A stretch of DNA of 64,000 nt from Klebsormidium nitens (Eukaryota; Plantae; Klebsormidiophyceae), in the NCBI GenBank assembly GCA_000708835.1, contig DF237039.1, positions 150,035 to 214,034 of the forward strand, in the 5' to 3' direction. Positions within the stretch are counted from its first letter, which is position 1. Each line of letters starts with the position of its first letter. A program made the translations under genes and the position numbers. Below the pieces are notes generated by a model, which saw nothing but the letters and a program-made list of their open reading frames with translations, searched no databases and was not told the origin of the DNA. Of this stretch, positions 1 through 11,062 are shown one piece after another.

Positions 1-870
1 AGCCAATTGCGCACCGGCATTGAGCTGAACAGGGCGAACAAACGACGGTGCACCACAGCTTGGCTCTACGTAGTCCAAGACACCAAGAAGCGTAGTCAGC
101 CCGAAACCGATGTCGGAACTGGCGCCCGAGTGGGATGCACCTTCCCCCCCTCTTTCGGCCTTCGCTTTCTTCCCCGACCCAGAATCAGCTCGTCGCAGAA
201 ATGAAACGAGCACACAATGAACACACACAAGCTCGAGCAACTGCTCACAACTCAGCACAGGCCCCCTGGACTTTCCCAGGGTGTCTAGCACGTCCCCTGT
301 CCGAATCTGCCCACCGTCCAAAACAAGTCTGCTGACCATCCGAACTCCCCCCCCCTCCAAATTGCCCAATTCCGAAGGCCCCGTCGGTGGCTCCCGCCAG
401 TCTGGCGAAACCGCCTCTACCAGAAGCCTCTCCACAAGTCGCAGCGCAAGAGCAGCGCCCCCCTGACAGCTGGCAGTCCGCATCCGCAAGCTGTCAACAT
501 TTTCTTCGTCCCTGGCTTCATTAGCCCCCTTTGGAGACTGGCCACTTCCGTTGCTCCGTTCGCTTGAGCCGGCACCCAAGTCTTCCTCCCTCTCCCCTGA
601 CTTTACCATAGAGGCACTGTCGAAGAGTTCCGCTCCCGGGTGCCCCTCCCTGCTTGCTTCTTCCGGAGAACCAGCTGAGCAGCCATTCTGCAACAGACCA
701 CTTCCTTTCCCAACGCCTTCTCCCGTGGCCGTCTGTTCGCCTCCGGGCTCCTCGGAACAACCCACTAGCTCGCAGAGGTTCTTTGCGTCCAGAAGAAGGG
801 TGACGGACGCTAGAGTGGCAGAGCGGAGCACCGAGGAGTGAGCGGTGGGGGCTTCAGAAGGGGCGTCCAT
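1..870 (-). CDS. Hypothetical protein, 3'-truncated by the window edge (>=290 aa, starts MDAPSEAPTAHSSVLRS)
   Basis: The minus-strand frame is stop-free from 939 to base 1 (translated by hand), with an ATG at 870. It is absent from the ORF track because it has no stop in the window. A strong acceptor (ttttgtactgcag) near 960 and a donor (gag|gtgagc) near 1322 suggest a spliced 5' UTR. No family recognised. Confidence 0.6.
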   Translation of the reverse strand, partial: MDAPSEAPTAHSSVLRSATLASVTLLLDAKNLCELVGCSEEPGGEQTATGEGVGKGSGLLQNGCSAGSPEEASREGHPGAELFDSASMVKSGEREEDLGAGSSERSNGSGQSPKGANEARDEENVDSLRMRTASCQGGAALALRLVERLLVEAVSPDWREPPTGPSELGNLEGGGVRMVSRLVLDGGQIRTGDVLDTLGKSRGPVLSCEQLLELVCVHCVLVSFLRRADSGSGKKAKAERGGEGASHSGASSDIGFGLTTLLGVLDYVEPSCGAPSFVRPVQLNAGAQLA

Positions 871-1913
871 ACTGAGTTCAGAAGGGCTACTAGGAAAATT
901 TTGAACGTGGCTGACCAAAAGGCTGGGGCGCCGTTTTGCTTACAAAATCAGGGGCCGTGCCTGCAGTACAAAAACAAATGTACTCGTTTGTTCTGCCAGC
1001 CTCCTAAGGATGTTGAACCATTGACCTCTACAGACAATCGACTTAAAAGGACTGGGGCGAATTGACTAAGAGCATTGCTTCTTTCGACCATAGAAGTATC
1101 CTCTTTCCAAACAATGCAGGCAAGTGGGCGCAATGATAGGCAACTTCCTCCAAAGGGGTATCAACATTTCTATCCAATACCAAACGAAAGAGCCTTTGTC
1201 TGGGCTGTCAAGTGAGTATCTAAACAGCATACTACCAGCACTGAGACACTGGTTTGGATACTAAGAGCAGACGCTTTCACGCTCAACACCTCCTTCGAGC
1301 TGAGCAATTGACATACGCTCACCTCAAGAAGGACTCCGAAGCAAAACAATGTACGAATGCCTGCTTTCCACGGATGTCTTCCAGTACATATGTCCTTCGG
1401 CAGCTCCCCTCAGCCCCCATAAATAACCAATTCGAGTCCCCTTGAAGGACACACAAGAAATCACGCAATCAGACGCTCATGTGGCTGCAGTCCACCCTTC
1501 TTTTGCGCTCAATCCCTGGTTCTTCAATGGCTTTTCTCTCCTCTCAAACTGTCATGGAAAATGCAGCAGTATTTCCTGTAAAATGGTCAAAATGCCGAAG
1601 GTCCGGTCGGGCGACTATCGCGGGTACTTCCAGATTATTGCGAATATGAGGGTAGGACTGTGCATCCAACAAGATTGAGTTTGCCGCTCGATTTGGGACG
1701 CGACTCGTGAGTCGTGAATTCTTCATTTTGAGTTCTTGTGGTCGCGTATGGTAGAGACACATCACCGGGTACGGTAATAATCTCTTCAAATATACTGCGC
1801 AATGTCATAATGGCGTGCCAGCTTGAGCAGGACGAAGGGGCATTCAATTCCAATGGCAAGATCTTCCACATGTTCACTTCAAGTTCTACTTCAAGGAAGG
1901 TGACGGTCAGGTG

Positions 1914-4178
1914 ATGGCAGCCCCCTTCTCTTCAGCCGGGCAACACAGCACGGGCAGCATTGCTGCGAGGCTTTCTGCACCTTCTGTGCTCACTCTTGGT
2001 CAGGCAGGACTCGAACTCGTGCTGGAGAAACTTGAAGCGGACGCTGACAAAAACTCTTCTGCCCTCGTCTGCAAAGACTTCCGAGATGCGGAGCGCCAGA
2101 CCCGGAAGCACTTGCGGTTGCGGTGCATCAGGAGGCAGATTGAGCTGGCTCCGCCCTGCTTCGAAGCTGTGACTGATCTTGACCTTTCCAGCATCTTCCC
2201 CCCGCGCTTTTCCAGGTTTGACCTCTCTGACCGCCAGCTGGCGCACTTGGCACGGTGCTTCCCTAATGTGCGGAGCCTGACGCTGCTCGCTGATGGGTGC
2301 CAAGAGTGGCTGAGCAATGGGAGATTGCCGTTTCAAGGCACTTGGCCGAGCCTTGATATGGTGACTGTGATGCAACCGGGGGCGCACCGATCGAAAAGGT
2401 TCAAAGCCTTGGTTAACAACACGATTAGCGGGCGCCCTTTGGTGCTTGCAAATTTGAGGGAAACCAGGCAGGCTGCTGTGGGTCTGCCGTTGAACAAAGT
2501 GCGCCTCTTCTTTCCAAAGGACAAAGATCTGGAGGAGTTGGCGAAGACGAATGTAGCGCACCTAGCCAGTCTGGAGTTTGAGCTGTTAGGGTCTGATCCT
2601 TTCTCCCTAGACCTCTCAGTATTGAATTCCGTCAACTTCCCTGAGTTGACAAGTTTGAGCGCTCTTGGAGCCTGGCTTGACACTGGCGATGACAGGATCT
2701 TCAAATTCACCGAGGAGAAAGTGCGGGGCCTGCTGGAAGAGTTCCCTTACCTCACCAGCTTCACGCTCCGTGCAATGACTGGGTCTCGGTTCACCACACT
2801 CCCTCTCAGTCAGGCGCAAAAATGCAGGTTACCACTTTGCGTCTGGATTTGCGAGAGGAGTTTCGCTCTCCGGAAATCAGTTTCGACCTGTCGCCACTTC
2901 GAGACTGTATCTCGCTGGAGCAATTGGAGTTGGTGGGGGAGAAGATCCTTACATTCAGCAAGCATGGAGGGATCACAGTTGAGCTTGTTAAGAAGTGTCG
3001 GAATCTAAAGAGCTTAAAGCTAGGACTCTGGGAGCGGTACGAATGCCCATCGTCGCACGAGCTTGTTGCCTTCTTTCAGCAGATAGCAGCAGCAAGTCCC
3101 AGGTTTCTCACGCAGATTGGCATCTTGTCCCAAATCGAGGGCAAGAGTTTCAGTAGGGATTTGTTAGCCCCATTCACGCCATTTTGCAAGAGCTTAGTGA
3201 CCCTCACCTGCAGGATATGCCCTCTATGCCCTCCAAGAGTTGCGAGCTTCGTCATTGGTGGACTGCCGCTTTTGCGCGACTTGGACCTTGGGCTTGACGC
3301 ACCCTACCCTGGTGCAGAGCTCCTGATAGAGTGTCCGAGTCTTGAGAGTGTCAAATTGAAAGCCTCCCGTCTCGTAAGGTTGACCTTCACGGGTGCCCAC
3401 TCTGCCCTAGAATCACTTGACCTCTGCTTCGAGAATGAGTGGGTGGTGGAGGAGAGAGGCGAAAAGAGCAGGCAACTTTCCTGGTTCATAAGGTCCCTGC
3501 AATGCTTGGAAAAGCTGACCAGCCTTGCTCTCGACTACCGCAACTCGTCTGGCATGCCGTGGTCGGATCCAGAAGTACTACAGGCAATCGCTGAATTGCC
3601 TGTCCTCAGAAGGCTGGTTCTAGCTACACCCTATCCAATCTCAGATGCATCTGCAAAGCTTATCGCATAAGAGTTCCATTGGCTCTTGGGGTCCACTTCT
3701 CTCAAAGAGGTCCGGGTGTCGAACTGGCGCGACATGAAGGGCCCACTCGCTGGCTTTTACTCCACACTGTACGGGCATGAGGGCACCGCACATCAGGTAG
3801 GCTTAATTTCGTCCTTGAAAACACGGTCCTACCAGATCGAGAAGGGCATCAGAGAAGCTGGGAATCTTCTGCAGGTATAACATCTGGTTCGTCATCAGTT
3901 GGTTATCAGTTGGCTAGTAGGCTTCTAGGCACCGTGTGTTTGTTGTATGCACAGAACTTGGGCCTTTCAGATGCTTGTTAGTCCTTACAGTGCTTGACTG
4001 CATCCATCAGGGAATGCCTTCCTTGTCGTCTGCTTTGCCAGACATTTCCTTGACTCTACACTACGGTGGTGTGCAGCATGATGGTGAGCGTTCGGAGCCT
4101 TCAATAGAATCATCGGTCTATGAAGCTTCGTCTGATGAAGAATTTGGTGGCGAAGAGATTTCTAGCGCTGAAGACTAG
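1914..4178 (+). pseudogene. MAX2/D3-like F-box + LRR gene with a frameshift (about 2790-2825) and an in-frame TAA (3668-3670)
   Basis: F-box DKNSSALVCKDFRDAERQTRKHLRLR is followed by PPCFEAVTDLDLS, RCFPNVRSL, CRNLKSLKLG, PGAELLIECPSL and GHEGTAHQ, in the same order as segments I recall from MAX2. ORFs 1911-3008 and 2822-3670 overlap in different frames. After the TAA the same frame continues (EFHWLLGSTSLKEVRVSNW). A phase-0 intron (donor 3797 or 3875, acceptor 4010) leads to an acidic last exon, 4011-4178. Confidence 0.7.
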
Positions 4179-5225
4179 GCTCTGGGCTTGGTAAAGTCCA
4201 CCTTTCGCTAGCCGTTGCAAGGGCCTGGGGTGCAGATAATGTAACAGAAAAGTGCAGTTGGTTGGCCTGGATATTCGCACACTGCATGGATTGCTAAGAA
4301 AGCATGAAGCATCAGTGTACTTTTTGGGAAGAAAGCCATAACTAATCTGTTCAGCGGGCTGCACTGCACTTCAGTTGCATGCGGCCCGTTTGCATAGTAT
4401 TGCGCGGAGTCAACGTCTGTCTATAATCGGAGCCAGCCAGTCATGATCAGCGGCCGAATGTACTAGTACATATGCATACCGTCCGCAAAGCTGCCGATTG
4501 ACGCACCTTGCTGGTGCGATGCGCTCTAAGGTAGCCTAGCTCAGGTCCGGATCCTAGCTTGTCGAATGCAGGTGATCTCGAATCATGAGTAAGCTTGCCG
4601 CCATGGGCCGCAAACATGCTGATGGTTCAGCAAACGATGCCGCAGAGCTATGAGCTTGTATCGCCGTTAGTGACCATCCATGTGCATAGGACCATGCCGC
4701 AGGCAAAATCTCCTGACAAGAGCGGGCCCGACTGCACCTGTTACCCCGGTTTAAAGGGAGCCAATTGCTACTAATGCGGAGATGCATTAGTCGAATGTAC
4801 TCACTCTCAAGGTGCAGTATACTTCCTCTACATGCAGTGGCAATGATCAGGCAACCCTCTAACCTGTCTGGGAAAGATAGACAGATCCTCGTGTAAACAA
4901 CTAGTCGATCACAGCCGTGACTTCAGAGCGCCTCATTTAATTGGGATCTGGACAGCTCGCGTTGTGCCAACAATGCCATCATCTCCACAACGATCACAAG
5001 GGTGGCAAGACTGCTGCTCGAATGCTGAAGTAGAGCATCCGAGTCAATGAGCTGAACAAGCCGAGCTTCAACCTCAAAAGGCTTGAAGCAAACGCAAACT
5101 GTTTCTACTCTATTTGTCAATCTCAACAAAGAATGTGTACTATCCAGGCAACAAAGCCTGGTTCTGGGCCTCGTGCTTAAAGCGAATAACCGTGCAGCTA
5201 ACCTGCTCGCCTCACAAACGCCAAA

Positions 5226-8200
5226 TCAAGCGGGCGTCAGCTTTCGCCGCTTATAGCGCACACGGCACTCCCCTTTGGGTCCCACGACCATCGATTCGAG
5301 GTCCGGTTCCGGGAAAGGGCTCACGTTCTCCAACTCGAAGTTCCTCAGGAGGATGCTCCAGATTGTCTTGATTTGCATGTAGGCAAACGTCTCCCCCATG
5401 CACCCGTGCCTGCCTCCGCCAAAGCCGATGTAGGAGAAGGCGCCATATGCCTGCGAATGAGTGTTAGATGGGCTCCGTCAAAGCTTTGATCCTGTCAGTC
5501 AGTCCTTACAAATCTCTTGCGAATTTTGATCAAGGTAACTGATGCGACGCGATGCACGTTAAAGCAAGGCTCCGACTCCTGGCGTGTCGTTGAAATGGTA
5601 CAGACTTGCAGACGCTCCCTATAAAAGGTGGCACTGACTGTGTCGAACTCTACTTCCGATGCTTGCCCGTTCGTCGCCGCTTGCCCGACCGGGACGAACA
5701 ACCTCGTCTCTCTTAAAAACAGACATATCTCGAGAGCAGCAACACCCTGGCTGGCTGCCGAAGTTGCCTTGAGTTAACTCGTTAAGAACGGGGTTTAGAC
5801 ACCTCAATGAGTTCCTTACACAAGTCGCCACATTTGTAACAACGTTTTCGAAGAGTAACCATTTGCCGAGCAGGCTAACTTTCCGTGTTCTGAAGCGGTG
5901 TCATTCCTGATCAGCGAAGAAGGGACGCTGATCTTTCTTGGCGGACGACCCTCTACACAGCTCACTATTTGGGTCCCAGTCCATCAACAGAGAACCGTCG
6001 TGATAAAACTCCGCAAAGGCTAAAACAGTCCTCGACTGACGGCTCTGCAGACACTTTGCAATGTGTACTCAGCAGTACTCTGGAACCTTGTGCACAGGCC
6101 CGCACCAAAGCCACTGACAAATCCGGTGAGCCCAATTGTCCGTCGCCGAATGCCACGTGGCATGCACCCACCTTGTCCTCCTCGCGGCCTGGCCCGAAGC
6201 GGTCCGGGTCAAACTCGTCGACGCGCTTGTAGACGTGCGGCAGGCGGTGCGCGAAGCTGGGGGAGGTAGCGACGATATGGCCCTTGGGCACCACGTGGCT
6301 CTCGCCCTTGCGGTTGGTGACGGAGAAGTCCTTGTGCACGTAGCGTAGCAGCATGATCAGGGGGGGCTGCAGGCGTAGCACCTGGGGGGGGGGTGGAGGA
6401 GGACGCGTTACAGCATGATCGAGAGGGGTGTAAAACAAGGCGAAAGTAGGAGGGACACCAAAACAGCTACAACGAGATGGTAAGAAATGTCCGGAAGACT
6501 TTGTTGTGCGGGGCGAAGGGGTAGCGAGAGGCAACGAAGCCTGATTTGGAGGAGAGTGTAACCGCAGCCCCGGCGGCGCCAGATCAAAATGCGAATCTAC
6601 TTCGCTGCCCTGGTCTGCGCTAGACCAAGAGAGGGAACTCTTGAGCTGAGCACTCCAACTTGAGCTGAGCACTCCAAGGAAACGAAGTAGTGATGACCGT
6701 CATGAAGACAGCAGGCAAAGTGAGTTGAGACGCTGCTCTCAAAGCTTGGAGAGGGAGATGATCCAGTTGCCAATAGCCCACAGCTGTACGTCGTAATGGG
6801 GGAGGAATCAATCGGGTTGGCCCATACCGTCATTCCTCTTCTGGAAAGCCGACGGCCGGATCTAAATGGCTAAGTTTTTCCCACGGCACTTTCTACGCTG
6901 CACTGATTCCTACATGGAATGAGGGAGAACGGGCAGCAGCCGTTTAAAAGACTGGCGCCGTTCCACCGCTCCTTAACAACCCGCTCGTTTAGGTCACCCG
7001 GTGACAAACACGCGAGCGACAGAGAGGCTGCCGGGGACCCCCTGTCGAACCAGTAAAGGAGTGGTATACTTTACAGAATCGATGGACGGAGCGAGCACTT
7101 GGTGAGACGTTACCTCCTTGATGGCGCGGTGCAGGTAGTCCATCTCCTGCAGGATGTCGTAGTCGAGCTTCTCCCCGTGCTTGGCCAGCACGCGCTGCTG
7201 CTCGCGCACCACGTTCGGCAAAAACTTCTTCTCGCCCCTGCACTCCACACCCGTCAACGGAGAACATTATGAGACCCCAAAGTGTGCAAAGTATCCGGCT
7301 ACGGTGATCCTGAGTTAACGGACTTGTAGCAGATTTGAAGAGACGCAGATTACGACGAAGCTCAGACTGGTCCTTTTGCCAGCCACTCACAAAATGAGGA
7401 CAAGAAGCTGCCGCTGCCTCTGACATAGGCAGTGGGGCAAAGGGTGGAATATCGGTAGAGTCAGGATTTGAAAAGCTGTTTGAGCCACATTCCGCCTATA
7501 TTCTTGACCCACACGGTTCTTCGCACTGCAGTAGGATTGAATACCATTCTGGTCATTAGGATCGCCTGGGTCCTGTCAGACCGAGGCGGCTGAGTGAGAG
7601 CTGGGCCTAATCAACTTTTGGATCAAGCTAACCTGGGCTTAAAGCAGCGCTTCTCCGAAAGCACGACTTGCCTCCAAATCGTTCCGACACACTTCGGACA
7701 GAGCTTGGTTCGTCTGACGTCCCTTCCAAGATTCAAAGTGCGGTAGATGCTTTCTGATCTGCCTTGCTTCAACACGAACGGGTTTCCAGTAAGACACACG
7801 TGCGATGCAAAGATCGATCGATGTAGAGGAATCTCGGAAAAATTGTAGGGCCATCCAAGGAGATTGCTTACGCATGGAGATAAAAGCCGGTCCATGTGGA
7901 GGTGATCGAGCTCGTGTGCTGGCCAGCAAACAGGGCGGCAATCAATAGGCCCGTGATCTCGTCGTCGGTCGTGGGACGATCCGGGTTCTTGTAGCGAGCG
8001 TCTATGAAGGCCTGTAGGAAGGCAACGGGCTTTTGAATACGGTAAACGCCGGACGTGGCAGAATTGATGTAAACCTTTCCGGCTAGGAACGAGTCACAGT
8101 TCCAACTCCGAGGTGCGCAATCAAAGATGGCACTAGCGAGACAGAAACACAGGACGTTCCTGAAAAGCTGCATAAACGAACTGACTAACACATTATATCA

Positions 8201-10233
8201 AGGGTCGGGAGTCCGTTTTCGGATGGGCACAGAAGGAACGAACTGAGATGAACATGCGGCAGACTCCAGAGGCTCGTAGAGGCAGTCCTGTGCGAGAAAA
8301 CCTCCCTTCGGGACAGAACAGCTCGATCTCTTAGCCTTGTACATCTGGAAACAAAGCGCCCACATCTATACATCTGAGAGAAGACACAGGAGGCCGCACC
8401 TGCAGGGCGTCATTCTCGCGCACGCCGGTGGCGCGCCGGTTATTGATGATGGAGCGGAACACGTCGCGCAGCTGCTTGCGGGCCTGGTCGCGGCGCAGGT
8501 GGGCGGGGATCGGGAGGCGGGGCATGATGACGCTGATGGGGAGCATGCCCAAATCCAACACATGGAACAGGTCCGACACCTGCGGTCAAAGAACGGAATC
8601 AGGTCAGAAGAAGGATAATCGTCATGACTAGAAACAGTACACTGGCCCCTGCTGTTCGTGCAGAGTGGGCCAATGGAGCCACAGGTCCATATGAAAGAGC
8701 GGGAAAATGACGAAACAGAGCCAAACCAACAAGCCTTTCGCTCCTGCCAGGTCAAGGTCTGCCTATTCTTGGTCTCCAGTTCCTGTAATGTCCACCGCTG
8801 CAGACAAGAGACTCGAGAATAGAAACTATTGGGCATCTTTCACCCCCAATTCATCAGCTCAGCCAAGCTTTACTACCACCTGATCAACTATTGCTTGACC
8901 AACTTTTGATGGGTACCTCACCTGCTCAAACATTTGCTCGCGCACCTCCCTCCCGAGCAGCGTCCTACTGGCCGTCATGATGATCAGCTTGGACAGCTCC
9001 TCCTTGAGATCCACCTCGCCCTCATCTCCCCACTTGCCAAAGAACGTCTGTGCACAGCACAGGATAAGCCTTCAAACACTACTGCACTTGGATGCAAGCC
9101 ACAAAAGTGTAGCTCTGGTTGGGCTTCCTTTCCTTCACTCGTGCTGCTCCTCGCACAGAGTCTGGTCAGAAAAGTCTTCTCTTACACATACGCAGAAAAG
9201 AATGTTTCTGACAGCTCGCTCCATGACACAGTGTCAGAAGATCCTTTTGTTCTCAAACAGTCTGGCGGAAAGCCACTGTGTACATATGACCACTCCACTG
9301 GTTTGCATAAAAGTGGAGAAAGAGAGAGTGGCGCCCAAGACACGCATTTGACCTCTCCTCACCTCTGCCTCCATCACCATCATTTTGACATAGTCCCGCA
9401 GCCTGCTGCTGCGGAGGCTCTCCGCAAACATGCGGAACTGCTCCTGCCTGACGCTGTAGTCAACATCAAAGACGACGCCTTTCCCGAAAGTAGGCACCGA
9501 GTACTGGTACACCTCCTGCTGACTCAACTCCGCCTCAGCGGCCTGCGATTACAAACGTGCATTGAATGACCGTCTGTTCGGCAGCGCCTGCAGCGTAAGC
9601 TGCTGGTGTACAGACGAATGTGCTCAGTGCTATATCCAACCAACCGAGAAGATGACAGAATGCAAAAATGAAAGATGGAGCGAACCAGTGTAGATATCTG
9701 GTCTGCAATTCGCCCTGCCAGGCATCCCTTCTTTAAGAAATGCAAGGTGCTCAAGATTTAAGGTGAGTTTCCTCAACTGCTTCCACAGCAGCAGCAAGCT
9801 GTGACTTTGACCTCCGCTTTCATCAGACGGCAACTAGCTCTTGAGCTCGACGACATACGAGTCCACAAGCAAACCAGGGAGATGAGGCACAGCGGCAATA
9901 ACCACAATCATTGGATCTTACCTTGAAAAAGTGATTGGACACCTCTGGTCCAATAAGGAATGTGATCCTCTTGTGGAACACATTGACGGTGAATACATCC
10001 CCATGCTTCTCATACCCTTCCTTTATGAGTTTGAGCGGGCCATCCATGAACTTCAACACACCACCAATTATTGGAATTGTACTAAGGGTGGGGGGAGCTT
10101 TTCCATTCCTCTTCGTAGCCAATGACACCACCACCAGCACAGACAGGAGGACGACAATGACTGATGCGAGCACAAAAGCGCTACCAGGAATCTGCCCTAG
10201 CAGGCCCTCCAGACTTGCCCTGACATCCGCCAT
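5226..10233 (-). CDS. CYP51: Sterol 14-alpha-demethylase (cytochrome P450 CYP51G type), 8 exons, 498 aa
   Basis: Exons 9922-10233, 9363-9542, 8922-9047, 8400-8579, 7872-8011, 7114-7237, 6172-6381, 5226-5450; all introns GT-AG; total 1497 nt. Motifs: N-terminal TM anchor, [22 protein letters not shown]-helix [12 protein letters not shown], ExxR (KEVLRLQPP), FDPDRF, heme motif [10 protein letters not shown]. Confidence 0.97.
6640..6677. repeat. Perfect 19-bp tandem duplication in CYP51 intron 6
   Basis: cttgagctgagcactccaa x2 (6640-6658, 6659-6677). Confidence 0.9.
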
Positions 10234-11062
10234 CTTCCTGATATCCAAGCGCCCAGATCTACTTTCTCAGATGTCCTAGACCATGATCTTCAGCAACAAG
10301 CTGAATTTCCAATCGTCCAGCTTTGTCACAAAGTTTGTGCCGCTGCGCCTAATGCAAATTCTGCAGATCTAGATTGACCACCTTCCTGCAGAACACCGCT
10401 TGCATTGACAATGAAACGTTGGTTGAACTGCAGTGAAGGAACCGCAGTGCAGAAAACATTGCAATTTGCAGTGGAACGCACTGCGTCCTTTGTTCCTGAG
10501 CCGCTGTCCCTAAATGTGGCAGGGCCGCTTATACCGCAGAATTAGAACCAAAAGGGTTAAAATACAAATCTGTCAGGATTTCGCAAACGGTTTTGTCTCC
10601 AACCCGCAGAACCATGGTTTTCAATCGCTTGTAACCGGATCAAAGTTAAGCAACCACCCAGCTTCTGACCAGACCCCTCTGTTCACGTTTTTGAGGACGC
10701 TAAATCACGCTCTCAAACCAATCGCAGCCATCCAACAGTACAACTGTAAGATCCGACGGTGGGATAAATGAGGTCCTTGCACTGCGCCCTCGCCATCATG
10801 ACAACAGTGGCGCGAAAGCTCGACAGTTTTCAATAGCTTTTCAAGCAACATCTGCAATTTGAAGAAGCGCTCGAGGGGACAGCTGCTGCAATGTCGTGAT
10901 GCTGAAGGGGCTTTGGCAGTTCGTTCTTACACTTTACAATCAGATGAGTACCAGCACAAGGTCGTCGGCAAGTTTCCGCTTCATTTGTATTGCAGATTAA
11001 TATCTGAACAAGGTGATTTGGGTAAAGCTAAGGATAAGCCACCCGCCAACTTGTTTTAAGCA

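Noticed and set aside
5965-6672. The ORF suggests CYP51 ends without its heme cysteine ([10 protein letters not shown])
   Set aside because: This is read-through of a GT donor at 6171; the true last exon (5226-5450) has [10 protein letters not shown].
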